NCBI GenBank assembly: GCA_044892525.1
Contig: CM097885.1
Location: 2,916,001 to 2,980,000, forward strand
Direction: 5' to 3'
Origin: Schmidtea polychroa
Lineage: Eukaryota
DNA length: 64,000 nucleotides
Made by a program: the position numbers and the translations under genes
Notes under the pieces: generated by a model
The model's database searches: none
The model's input: only the letters and a program-made list of their open reading frames with translations
Told to the model about the DNA's origin: nothing
Shown here: one piece after another, positions 21,025-32,308 of the stretch
Position numbering within the stretch: position 1 is the first letter of the stretch
Layout of the letters: each line of letters begins with the position of its first letter

Positions 21025-21984
21025 GGTTGAAAATAATTAAAATGAAAAAATAATTATGTTTATACTATTATTCAAAAGCAACAAGATGATCGATAGATAG
21101 ATTATAAGAAAATTAGATATTTCAACACGATACATATAATAAAAAGACAAGCAAACTTGCAATGATATTTAACGTTTCAGTTTTTACATTTTTTTTTTTT
21201 TAAATATTTATTTCAATTATTTCGACAACACAAAAAGTGCCAATTTTTTTTATACTAATTAATTTTCAGCCTAACCTACAACTTTTCACAAAAATCCAAA
21301 AAAAAATGAGACCTTTTTAATGAACCATTATTCAATATAATCTATCGAAGGTAATCCTTAAAATTCCAAATTTAAAATGTTCGCAAATGTAAAGCATGTT
21401 CAATGTATATTAATGAGTATCATATTATAAACATTTATTTCTTTACCTTTGTTATTAATACTTTGAATATTGTAAATAATAAAACTATGTATCAAATAAT
21501 AATATTCAAAATAAACCAAATTTACAAACTACCGCCCAGTCCCTTCGGGGCGGGCGGTGGGCGGGCGGCGGTTGTGTATGTCGATGATTTTAATTTTTAT
21601 TAAATGCATTTGTTTGATTTCAGAATTCGATTTGTGTGACTAACCTTGTTAAATTTGAGTTGATGTAAATATTAATAATAATAATAATAATATTAATAAT
21701 AATAAAGTAATTTCTTATGAAGATTTATATTAAAGTGATTCAAAGCTGATTTATGAAATTGGTTGAACCTTTTAAATGTAATTATCCAACAATAAATATT
21801 TAATGTAATAATGATCAAATTCACTTAACAAGGCAGTGCCGACAATTTGTGAGAGTCGACAAACATCGATATATTACTGATTAATAATCTTCAAAGTCTC
21901 TTTTCAATTCAATGGATATTATAATCAGTGGTGAAATTGGAAGAAATAAAAGTTCTTATAATAATAGTAATTATTTGTAAAAAT

Positions 21985-22053
<69 letters not shown>

Positions 22054-22209
22054 GGAAAAATACTGAATTATTATTGATTAAAATATTTGAAGGGATAACA
22101 TGTGGTATGAAATTATGCGTTAATAATCGATTACATCAACGGAAATTCACATGATTTGCACTATGAACTGTTACTAAATCATGTGTGAATGATATCAGTA
22201 AATGATATC

Positions 22210-22327
22210 AGACCTTAAAAAAAAAAATTTTTGACCTTGACCTTAAAAATTTGACCTTGACCTTAAAAAATTAGACCTTGACCTGTCCTGGATGTGACAT
22301 GTCCTGGAGGTGACACATCTTACTACT
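22210..22327 (-). repeat. Right terminus of Polinton A with repeated TGACCTTGACCT motifs
   Basis: Ends ACTACT. TGACCTTGACCT at 22232 and 22252, variant at 22273. Tandem GTCCTGGA..TGACA repeats. Confidence 0.85.
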
Positions 22328-22670
22328 CATAAAGACTCAAGACTCCACAGATTTTAGTATTCCAAGGTTGAACCTGTAAAGAATTAAAAGTGAAAGGCTT
22401 TAAAAGATAATCTTCAACTTCTTTTGTAGGTTTAATACCAAAAGAATCAAAGTATATAGATCTTTTGAATATAGAAACCCAATGAGAGCCTTGAGAATTA
22501 GAGTTTTGATAATTTATAATTATATTATCAGGGTTTGTCTTGGAGTCTAGTTCATCATTCATTAATATTTTTATTTTTAAATTTAAATAATTTGCATAAT
22601 CTTTTAAATCGAAATTTGTTTTTGCATTTATCCCAAATGTTTTTAAAAAATCTAAGATTGAAGGATTCAT
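22328..22670 (-). pseudogene. Adenain-like protease of Polinton B, truncated by Polinton A
   Basis: GSHWVS, YFDSFG, QVQPWNTKICG. The frame runs into the AGTAG terminus of Polinton A (TAT G|AG TAG). Confidence 0.88.
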
Positions 22671-22689
22671 TTTTTAGTTGTATATTTAT

Positions 22690-23517
22690 TACTTTGTATA
22701 TTTATTACTTTGTATATTTCCCGAATTTATCTTTTGAAATCATTCCCTCTTTTAATAAATTTTTTGAAATCTTTAAAATATCAGAATCTAAATTATTATG
22801 ACCTGCTTTTTTTAGCTGACAAGAGTTTTCTTAATTCAATAAAAAGATTTATAGGGTTAATCCCATCACCTTTAGTTTCTAGTTCTTTTAAATGTTTCTT
22901 TAAATCTTGAATATGTTTTGCTTTTTGACCAGCTTTTACTAATTCTATTAAATTTAAATATTTTTTAATTTCTTTAATATTATCGGTTGGATAACCACAA
23001 ATTAATCTATAAAAATCATCTGTAAATTCCCAGTCTAAAAATTCATTATTATAAACATTTAGAGAGTGGAGGCGTGATTGATTTTCTGCATTTGAATATA
23101 GGGTAAAGATTTCACTATTAATTGTTATTGTTTGAAATCCTTTGATTGTAAGATTAAATGCAGGTTTAATTGTAGGACTCAAGTTTGGATTAATTTTAGG
23201 ATTTAGTACAAGAGGTTTTGTTTTTAAAAGCATTTCTTCTTCATCAACACCAGAAATTCTTCTACGCTTTCTTTGATTCCTTTGATCTTCGAACCTCTGA
23301 TCTTCTATAGCTTTCACTTCTATAAATTCTATAGCTCTTCTTGGTTTGGGGGTTTTGGTTCTAGGGTTTTCAAGGCTTTAAGAGTTGGTTCTTGTTGTTG
23401 TAATATTTCTTCATTTAATACTATAGATTCAAGATTTTGGGTTAAATCTTTTTTATTATACTTGTCTTGTTCTTGTTGTATTTTTTTTAAAAGAGCTAAT
23501 CTTTCTTCATATACCAT
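22690..23517 (-). pseudogene. Fragmented hypothetical Polinton B protein
   Basis: ORFs 23329-23517 and 22796-23317 are in different frames. The C-terminus continues KKAGHNN after another frameshift. Confidence 0.45.
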
Positions 23518-23539
23518 TTTTTATACCATTTTATGGGAT

Positions 23540-24065
23540 GGGATTTACTCTCTCGAAGGGCTTCAAGTATAAACCTTTACCATTTTTAACTTTACAGGTG
23601 CAGCCATTCTTTAAAGATTTGAGGATTTTTTTTAAAAGCATCTTTCCCCTCAAATGATTCTGGAATTTGGTTTTTAAAAAAATCATTTAAACCTCTACCT
23701 TTATAAGGATCAAGGTATAGGCCTGCTCCTGTTACACCCTTTCCCTTTGCTTTTGCTTCACCCTTCATTTTATCAATTTCAGTTTGTAGTTTTTCTTTTT
23801 CTAGGTCTGTCTTTTGAGCTTCTTTAGCTTTTTGAACTGTGGTTGCAATTCCTCCGGCTATTCCAGCAGCACCTGATAAACCTGCAATAATTGCTGGTAT
23901 TAAAGCTGCTAGAGGAAGAAATCCGCCTTGCTTGCTTCCCTTTGCTTGCTCCTCTTTGATTTTCTCTTTTACATGTTTTCCAATAAAATATTTTTTACCA
24001 GAGATTACTACTGATTTATTCTTGTCTGAATTTATTAGTTCTTGCAAAGATTCTTCAGTTGTCAT
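23540..24065 (-). CDS. Core-like protein with KQGGFLPL hydrophobic segment and GxGLYL repeats (3' frameshift)
   Basis: KQGGFLPLAALIPAIIAGLSG...GAGLYLDPYKGRGL; a second GKGLYLKP motif appears in a shifted frame. Confidence 0.6.
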
Positions 24066-24111
24066 TTTATAATAAATAAAAAAGAGAATAAATAAAAAAA
24101 AGAGAATAAAA

Positions 24112-24915
24112 ATGGATGTTCGGAGACCTGCGGATACCTGGAAACCGATTTTAAATAGACACAAGAGTAAATTTAATAATAAGGTATTTCCTGATAATTT
24201 TAGATGTTTAATTGTTGGATCTTCTGGATGTGGAAAGAATGTTCTTCTTTTGAGAATGCTACTTGAAGATGGTTTCTTGGATTATAATAATTTTATCTTT
24301 TATTCTACAACCATAAATCAACCAGAATTACAACTTTTGAAATGTGGATTTGAAAATAAATTAACTAAAAAAGCTATAATTGATATTTTTAAAAATCAAC
24401 TCGAATGTCCTGAAGAAGTTTTTCATCCTTGTGATATGGTTGATTGGTATAAGGAAAAGATTTTAGAATCAGATATTAGTAATAAAAATGATTACATTTA
24501 TCAGGGTGAAGGTATTAAAGTTTTATTCTCTAATAAACCTGAAGATGTTTTACATTGTGATTTACTTCCTAGGAATAAAAAGAATTTAATTATATTTGAT
24601 GATGTTGTTAATATGAAAAACCAAGAGATTCAAAAGAGTTACTTTACTCGAGGACATCATAATAATTGTAATGTTATTTATATATCTCAAACTTATTATG
24701 CTTTAGATAAAAACTCTATAAGAAATAATTCTAATTGTTTTATATTTTTTAAATTAGATAAGCGTGATAAGAATATGATTTATAATGATTTATTTTCAAA
24801 TGTTGAACCCGATAAGAACATGTTTGACATGTTTGTTGATAATCATTGGAAAGAAAAATATAATTATATTTATCTTGATAGGGAAGAAGCTAAAATGTGG
24901 AAAAGTCTATTCTAA
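24112..24915 (+). CDS. A32-like packaging ATPase, Polinton B (motifs partly degenerate)
   Basis: GSSGCGKN (GKT expected), LIIFDD, FTRGHHNN (RGRH expected), ISQTY, SIRNN. Confidence 0.88.
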   Translation: MDVRRPADTWKPILNRHKSKFNNKVFPDNFRCLIVGSSGCGKNVLLLRMLLEDGFLDYNNFIFYSTTINQPELQLLKCGFENKLTKKAIIDIFKNQLECPEEVFHPCDMVDWYKEKILESDISNKNDYIYQGEGIKVLFSNKPEDVLHCDLLPRNKKNLIIFDDVVNMKNQEIQKSYFTRGHHNNCNVIYISQTYYALDKNSIRNNSNCFIFFKLDKRDKNMIYNDLFSNVEPDKNMFDMFVDNHWKEKYNYIYLDREEAKMWKSLF

Positions 24916-24938
24916 GGGGTCTATTCTAGGGGTCTATT

Positions 24939-25748
24939 CTAGAAATCTGTTTTCTGTAGTTCCTTATTATAAAATCTACCTAATATTTTTTCATTATTTA
25001 AATCGATGATGCTATATGTTATTGGAATTGTATAATGTATTTTATTTATAATAAAAATTTCATTTGTCCATTTTGCTGTGAATCCTTTTTCAAATTTATT
25101 TTTATATTTAAATATTCTTACACGTTGACCAATTTTAAACTTTGGTTTTTCAATAACATCATTTTCAACATTTACCACTCTAACTGTTTCAGGATTTAAG
25201 GAAGCATTTAAAGGTGTTGATTTTATAGAACTATGTACATCATTATTATATTCATTTACAATCTTTTGTAACAATTCATTGTTCCATTTTTGTTTTCCAA
25301 TAGCAGTAAAATATTTCCACATTTTATTTTTTAATGTTCTATTTAATCTTTCAACTACGACTGCTTTTCCTTCGTTTTCTGTTGAATATAATTTAATATC
25401 ATTTTCATTTGAAAACTTGTAAAAAACTTTGTTATAAAATTCTGTTCCTTTATCACACCATAAATATTTTGGAATTCTTTGATATTCTTCAAATATATTT
25501 TCAAATGCTTCTGTAATAGAATATCCTGTTTCATTTTCTAAACATCTTGCAAAAGCAAATCTTGTATATAAATCTATTACAGTTAAAATTATTTTATATT
25601 TTTCAGGGTCTGATGATTTGGACATAAAGACTAAATCAGCAGACCATGTTTGATCTTTTTCATGTACTTGAACTTGCAAATATTTTTTATTTTTTCTAAA
25701 TTCATGGTGCAATTCGTTGGCATATTTTATTTGTGATTCTGTTGGTTG
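24939..25748 (-). CDS. rve DDE integrase of Polinton B
   Basis: ANELHHEFRK, WSADL, WCDKGTEFYN, VERLNRTLK, KFKIGQRVRI, GRFYNKELQ. No own ATG; in frame with the upstream PLA2 domain. Confidence 0.9.
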   Translation of the reverse strand, partial: QPTESQIKYANELHHEFRKNKKYLQVQVHEKDQTWSADLVFMSKSSDPEKYKIILTVIDLYTRFAFARCLENETGYSITEAFENIFEEYQRIPKYLWCDKGTEFYNKVFYKFSNENDIKLYSTENEGKAVVVERLNRTLKNKMWKYFTAIGKQKWNNELLQKIVNEYNNDVHSSIKSTPLNASLNPETVRVVNVENDVIEKPKFKIGQRVRIFKYKNKFEKGFTAKWTNEIFIINKIHYTIPITYSIIDLNNEKILGRFYNKELQKTDF

Positions 25749-26357
25749 TTAATTTGTAGAATTAGTCTTGGATATATTCTCGAGGGATCTTTCAACGTCT
25801 GCTTGTTCAATAATCTTTTTATTAGCAACATCTTTTGCTATCCTTGGTAGACCTGCTCCTATGAAGATCTTACCTTTCATTGCTAATTTAACTAGAGCTC
25901 TTTGAATCTTTTCTTGAGTTGATGGATTTTCTATATTATTTAAATCATGTATTAAATTAACATCTGCAACATGTCTATCTCTAAGATTTGTTGAGTTGTA
26001 AGCAATATCATGTTTTAAAGCTGCTTGATCAATTCTATTTATTGGTTCTTGTCCTTATTTAGGATTATTATTTTCATCTAGACGAATATCTAATCTAGTT
26101 CCTGGTCCAGTATAATTTTGCGAGAATAAATGTCTTTCACCTGGATACTTTTCAGAGGTGAAAGGTTTTATTATTGTAGATGTAAGATTTGAAGATTGAA
26201 GATCTCCACCGGTCTGTTGTTGTGCTTCTTTCTCTATTTGGGGTTGGTGTTGTTGTGTTTCTTTCTCTGTATGCTTTTTAGTTTTTAAGTGTTTAGCTTT
26301 GTGATATTTTGTTACTTCACAGTTGCACACTTGGCATTGATAATAATGAGAGGTCAT
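25749..26357 (-). pseudogene. Zn-finger plus parvovirus-type phospholipase A2 domain with an internal TAA
   Basis: CQVC...H..H-type finger; NYTGPGT Ca-binding loop. Past TAA 26057-26055 the frame reads GQEPINRIDQAALKHDIAY...DRHVAD (catalytic HD). Confidence 0.85.
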
Positions 26358-26556
26358 TTATTTGATCATATTTTGTGTTTACTTTTCTTAGTTCTTGTTT
26401 TAAGATTCTCATCTTTACTAATCTTCTATCGGCAATCTCAACTGCTCTACGATATTGTTCTCGATAGTATTCATTTGCAGCTGTTAATTCTTGAATATAT
26501 TTCACTGGATTCTGCATTCTTTCTAGGCGATTATTTTTTGCTGTTTCAGTATCCAT
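26317..26556 (-). CDS. Small coiled-coil hypothetical protein
   Basis: 79-aa ATG ORF packed between the capsid and PLA2 genes on the same strand. Confidence 0.4.
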   Translation of the reverse strand: MDTETAKNNRLERMQNPVKYIQELTAANEYYREQYRRAVEIADRRLVKMRILKQELRKVNTKYDQINDLSLLSMPSVQL

Positions 26557-26609
26557 TTTTAGGTATTAATTTTTAGGGTGTGTTGGGTTTATGGGTGATG
26601 GGTTAGGGA

Positions 26610-27902
26610 TTATAGATCTCCTCTAACATTTTCAACAATTGAAATCTTTCCACCTGATAGTTTCATTTCTATTTTCTTTTCTTCTAGGATTAATACATGT
26701 ACTTTGGCTTTAAAATTTGAATCCTTTGTTATGTGAAGTGTAATGTCTACATTATTTATAGCTAGTCGATCATCTTGATCTGAAACATTTATACAAAATA
26801 TAGAATATAAATTTTTGAAATCTTCTAGGCTTAATTGTGGTTCAACTTTAAAATCTTGACATGTTTCAATATAATTTAGATATGGGAATATGTTTTCATT
26901 TTTTTCAATATTAAATTCCATTCTATTTATTGGATAATAAGAACTATTTAATTGAATTTGGATTGTTTTTAAATTATCATCTCCAATCTTTTGTATAAAT
27001 AGGTTGTTATTTTTTTGAAAGGAAGAATCTGTTTCTTTGAATCCAATTAAAATATATCTTGGTCTGTATGCTAAATTTGCAACCTTTATAGAATAAGTTG
27101 AACCCTCTGTCATGGAAAATTCACTACAGATTCTATTTAAATAATTTACATTTATAGACTTGTTGGAATTTAATCTTTCAAGGAGTTTAATTTCAGCAAG
27201 AGGGTTTAATGTCCATTCGGGTACATGTAATTCAAGTGTTGATAATTTTAGTTTAGCTTTTGTATCTGCAGCTCCAAAAAATAATCTTTTATCATCTTCT
27301 ACTCTGTTACAAATTAATTCTATAAAAACATTATGGAGTACACGATTATAATTTTGAAGGAATCCAAATAAATGTTTTAATTCAAAATAACCTTCAAATT
27401 TTTTAGACTTGTAGAATTCAAGTCTTTTACAATAACCATAATTCGCATCTATTCCTTCTTTATCTAAATCTCCTTTATTATTATCTGGAATCCAACCTGA
27501 TAATTCTCCATATTCATTTCTATAATCATAACCAGTTAAAATAAAATTTAACATTGTAGAATATATACCTGGATGTAATATGGTTTCAATTTCTGATGAT
27601 CCTAGTTTTAATCTCATGTTGTTGAATAAATTTGGAAAGAAATTATTTTCAAGGGTTTTATTTTTGTTGACTTCAATTTCTAATTCAATTTTGTAATATA
27701 ATTTTGCATTACAAATGTCTATAGGATTTGAAGTTTGAAGGGATTGAAAGACTATATCACCTGCACGATTTAAGTTTGCAATAGATCCTGAAGTTGGAGA
27801 TATTTTAAGTACATCATTTTTCTTGATATCATGAGTAAATTCTTTATTATTATCGAGATTAAATTTATTTTTTTCTTGAATTTTAAGATTTATATTATTC
27901 AT
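26610..27902 (-). CDS. Major capsid protein (double jelly-roll), Polinton B
   Basis: 430 aa; NLNRAGDIVF, NNFFPNLF..MRLKLGSSEIE...HPG..STM, PRYILIGF, LNSSYYP, SIFCINVS. Unlike the Polinton A capsid protein. Confidence 0.8.
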   Translation of the reverse strand: MNNINLKIQEKNKFNLDNNKEFTHDIKKNDVLKISPTSGSIANLNRAGDIVFQSLQTSNPIDICNAKLYYKIELEIEVNKNKTLENNFFPNLFNNMRLKLGSSEIETILHPGIYSTMLNFILTGYDYRNEYGELSGWIPDNNKGDLDKEGIDANYGYCKRLEFYKSKKFEGYFELKHLFGFLQNYNRVLHNVFIELICNRVEDDKRLFFGAADTKAKLKLSTLELHVPEWTLNPLAEIKLLERLNSNKSINVNYLNRICSEFSMTEGSTYSIKVANLAYRPRYILIGFKETDSSFQKNNNLFIQKIGDDNLKTIQIQLNSSYYPINRMEFNIEKNENIFPYLNYIETCQDFKVEPQLSLEDFKNLYSIFCINVSDQDDRLAINNVDITLHITKDSNFKAKVHVLILEEKKIEMKLSGGKISIVENVRGDL

Positions 27903-28241
27903 TTTAAAGATGAAAATATAAAGGGATTAAAGTTTGAAGGATACTAGGTTTATAGTTTTTAAAAGATAAAAGGATGAAACTAAGAAGGATAAAAAGAGCT
28001 GAGGTTATGTAGAGCAGAATTTAAAGTGTTGAAGGATAAATGTATGATTTTTTAGATTTGAAACCTCTAGTTTAATAAATTTCTCATGTTTTTTAATTTT
28101 AAAAAGATAAATGTAAGATTTTTAGATTTAAAACCTCTAGTTTAAAAAATTAAAAAGTGAAAGTTAAAAAGATGATGATAATAAAACTTTATTTTCATGT
28201 ATTAATAATAATAGGGGAATAAGGATATTATAATAAGTGTA

Positions 28242-28474
28242 AGTAGTGTATAAACTACACACCCCAACGAAACATTCCACATCCTTCACCCAGTTATTCC
28301 GTTACATGTTTATTTTTATTTTTTTTTATTTTTTATTTTATTTATTTTTTATTTTTATTTTTTATAGGTTTTAGGTGAAAAAGCGTAAAAAAAGACCTAA
28401 AACGACATAATTCGGTGTTTTTTAGGGTGGAAAGGTAGGGTGGGTGAATTGGGGTGTGTAGTTTATACACTACT
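28242..28474. repeat. 26-bp inverted pair of Polinton-type termini
   Basis: AGTAGTGTATAAACTACACACCCCAA at 28242-28267 and its exact reverse complement at 28449-28474. Confidence 0.9.
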
Positions 28475-28484
28475 CCATGACAAG

Positions 28485-28820
28485 AATTGCCAAAGAAGAG
28501 ACCAAAAGTTATGCAAACCAACTAGGGGCAAACTACGGAGCTTAGTCGAATTGACAGAGGATAAAGCACAAACTAGGGAATGTATGATAACAAAACGAAC
28601 TTTACCATACTATTGTGAAGCTCATACCCACACATCGAACGAGAATTAATCAAAGTTTAGGGAGAAGACTGCATCGAGTTATTTAGATCGAGAGAAGTAA
28701 GAATGAAAGACGAAGTAATATTCAAAAGACAAAACGGGATAAAAAAGAACCAAAGTATATATGTTGCTAGAAGAATTAACTCAGCAAATGGAGCATGTCA
28801 AGGAGCAACCTACACCCTGC
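28485..28820 (+). repeat. Dispersed ~330-bp repeat (second copy ~31758-32092), decayed coding-like, unidentified
   Basis: AATTGCCAAAGAAGAGACC...GGAGCATGTCAAGGAG is shared between the two loci. Confidence 0.8.
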
Positions 28821-31800
28821 GAGAAGACTCGAACAAACCAGTCCACTATTATATATGAAGCAAAAATGCAAAAATGTAGATTGCAACTTTAAAACAGAGC
28901 GATATTGAATGAAGTAAACGGTGAAATATATGTGGAAGATCCAGAAGATATAGATAGGAAAAACATTATCATGATGAAAAACCGATGAGACCACCAACAG
29001 CAATTATCAGTGGATTCGCATATTTTGCATTTTCGCCACTTTCTTCAGTTTCTTGTTTTCAAATATCTTTTCTTCTTCGGATTCCGTTTCTTGTATCATT
29101 TCGTGCTTCAAGTGGTGTGTTAATTTTGGTGAGGATATCTAAATGATAAAAAAACATAATAAATAAATAAATTACCTAGGGGGAAGGTCGCCATGACAAA
29201 CGCGACGATCTAGGGGAACTCAGAAAAGAAAACGGAAATAAAAAGAAATTTAAAATTAGAAAGATAAATCAAATAAAAGGAAACAAACAAATAATTAATA
29301 CAAAGGTCATTGTTAATTAAGAAGTACAAATGAAGGTGGAATTTCAAATTCCAGAAAAACAAAATAAGAGAAAAAGCCGTATCTTGACAGCTTGTCAAAG
29401 ATAGCAAAATTGTCGGGAGAAGGCGGCTTAGCAAAAAAGGAAAAATATCTTGATATCTGTCAGAGATAAGGCTGACGTATAGAAAAAGGAAAATGGAAAA
29501 CTGAATATGTCGCCAGTGCCACAAATGAAACAGACGTTATAAAGCAGAACAGTTGACCAAGAAATTAGAACAATATGGAGAACGAAAAGTAGAGCAAAAA
29601 TAGAGACGAAAAGAGTTAAAAGGAGTATCAAAAATAGCGTGAAACGAGAAGTGACGAGAATCTTTTGTAAAATTTATCTTATAAAGAGAAAAATAAAACT
29701 TACATTGGACATTTTTAAAAAATAAATATCAAAGTTAAAAACAGTAAAAAATGGATTTACAACAACCGAGAGCGAATGAAAGCGGACAAATTGAAAGTTC
29801 TAACAATAATAGATCCGTTCTACAAAGCATCAGATCATTGGGCAACGTCAAATTTGCCGTTTAGTTACAAAAATATGGAATTTAAAAACATTGAGCATGG
29901 GCACTCGGGAGCAAAAAGAAGTCAATATGAATAAAGAGAACATGTAAGCTCGATCACAACCACCTGTCGATGGATATCTTAGCATCAAAACGGACCTTCA
30001 TTGCACCTCTTAACCATCAATCCAATGGTATCATTCACCTTCTCCAATAGTGACATAACATCCGTGCAATAAATTGAATTCCTTCCCAGAATCATGCACA
30101 ACAATGTCTCTGCCTGCACCAACTCTCTGAAGTGCGGAATGATCTAAATAAAAGCATGGCATATAAATATGAGATCATCTGTACGTCACTTGAGACCGGA
30201 TATTAATGTGTTCATTCAAAGAGTACTTTCTAAAGCCAGTGTTAGGGTTAGGCCTGGGCTCGCTTGGGGCGTGCATAGATAGGTCAATAATAAAGGATCT
30301 GAATAGAATCAAATAATTACTATAAATAGATTAATAATATAAATAGTAATAAATAGATAACAAGTTAAACAAAAGCAACAAATGGCAGAAGAAGTTAATG
30401 CAAATATTTTGCCAGATATCCTGCGGTGATTCAGGAGAATTCCGCGAATTGATGCCTGAATATTATCAGATGGCTAAGGCATATGCCTACCCAGGCAACA
30501 TAATGATTCAGAGATTACCAATCTATTTTCAAATATAATATTATTAAAACAAAAAAGATTTCATGTAAATTAATATTTAAATTCACAAATTTGAAATATT
30601 TTATGAATGAATTTTACTTATTAATAAAAAAAGAAATTTACCTTGAAATCCTGAAAATATAAAAAATATAAGATAATAAGACAACCAGGTGGATCTTAAC
30701 TCGAAATGGTACAAGAAATTATTTTGGAACCGGAAATTCGTTAGGTACATCAGAAATTGAAGGTTGTTGAAGTCAAACTTTCAGGTTTTGGGATCAGTAG
30801 CGTAGCCAAGGAAGAGAGTTACGGGTTAAGCCCGATATTAGATTTAAACATGTACAAATGCACTTCATGTACCTAAAAAATCATCTACCTACATAAGAAA
30901 AAAACAAGACACTTTTTTACTTTATTTTACTGTAAATGTAATACCATGACCTCTGTCTGTACTCTGTAGCCTATACTCTCAGTACATTAGGATTAATTAT
31001 TTTGTTAAATTTTATTTTGGCTATGTGAATAAAATTTATAGCAAAATATTACAAAAATGTGTTGATAAAATTAACAATAAGATCTGGTGCAAAATCTGTG
31101 ACCAGCAATTTGTCAGACCAACCTTGGCAGTCATTGACCTTAATGGTAGCCCTTGGTTACATTACTTATTTCAATAAATTAAAATTCTCTAACAGAGAAA
31201 ATCAGCAAGATCATAAAGTGGCTGAGTAATTCAAAATATAATGAAAATAAAATAAAATGCTTATATTACATCATTTCTGTGTTGAATCTGCTATAAGTTG
31301 ATAATTTGTCTGTTAAACTCGTGTGCAAATCAATAAAATGTTAATAATTATAAGTCAAAAATTAATAAAACATTTTGTTGGGATTTAATGAAAAAGGCAC
31401 AAAAACAAAGTGAAAATCAATAAAAACATAAAATTCACAATAATAATTAAAAGTGCAAAAACATTAATTAAAAATCAAAAATAAATATTTTTCAGAAAAA
31501 ATAAATGGGGAGGGTCCGCAGAAGGAAATAATTATAAAAAACTAGAATTAATTAAAAATTAATTAGCTAATTATCGATATAATTTTTTCGAGTGTATACC
31601 ACATCATATCTCGTGGAATACTTTAAAACGCTGCCGAAATATCCAACTCTACATCCATCCGATGTCACCACACGCTTTTTGATTTCTGCTCATTAGGTTA
31701 CAATCTTTAATCCATTTTAATAATATCTTGTGTAGTATCGTGGAAAATATACAATACAATTGCCAAAGAAGAGACCGAAAGTTATACAAACCAACAAGAG

Positions 31801-32308
31801 GCAAATTACGGAGCTTAGTCGAATTGACAGAGGATAAAGCACAAACTAGGGAATGTATGATAACAAAACTAACTTTACCGTACTACTGTGGAGCTCATAC
31901 CCACACATCGAACGAGAATTTATCAAAGTTTTGGGAGAAGACTGCATCGAGTTATTTAGATTGAGAGAAGTAAGAATGAAAGACGAAGTAATAGTCAAAA
32001 GACAAAACGGGATAAAAAGACACAAAGCATATATGTAGCTAGAAGAATTAACTCAGCAAAATGGAGCATGTCAAGGAGGAACGTACCCCCTGAGCTAAAT
32101 GTGAGCCTCTCAGAAGGACTAGCAATGTCCTGACGTCACTTTGGGTTCACGGACGTATCATAGAAGATGTAGCACCCAATTTCATATGACCCCGTCATCA
32201 TTATGTTCATTTGACATATCTGTTTGTCGTTTCTTTATACCTCATATTTCTGAATTTGGATTTTTACTTAAATAAATGAATATTTGAAATTGAAAACGCA
32301 AAAGTAAA

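Larger units (their letters stand above)
1..22327. mobile_element. Polinton/Maverick A (left end lies before the window)
   Basis: Carries pPolB, protease, major capsid protein, penton, integrase and ATPase. Right terminus ...CACATCTTACTACT at 22327 (reverse complement AGTAGTAAGATGTG). Including 1-568 is an inference from the TSD of the nested insert. Confidence 0.9.
22328..28474. mobile_element. Polinton/Maverick B (right part; decayed; interrupted by Polinton A)
   Basis: Protease, GGF-motif protein, ATPase, integrase, PLA2 domain and capsid protein. Terminus ...GTTTATACACTACT at 28474. Several stops and frameshifts. Confidence 0.85.

Noticed and set aside
28242..28474. Independent MITE insertion
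   Set aside because: No TSD on the flanks; kept only as a terminal structure of Polinton B.
30242..30252. TTAGGGTTAGG as a telomeric seed
   Set aside because: Fewer than two units; could be chance.
30795..30812. CAGTAGCGTAGCCAAGG hAT-like end
   Set aside because: No partner TIR or TSD identified.
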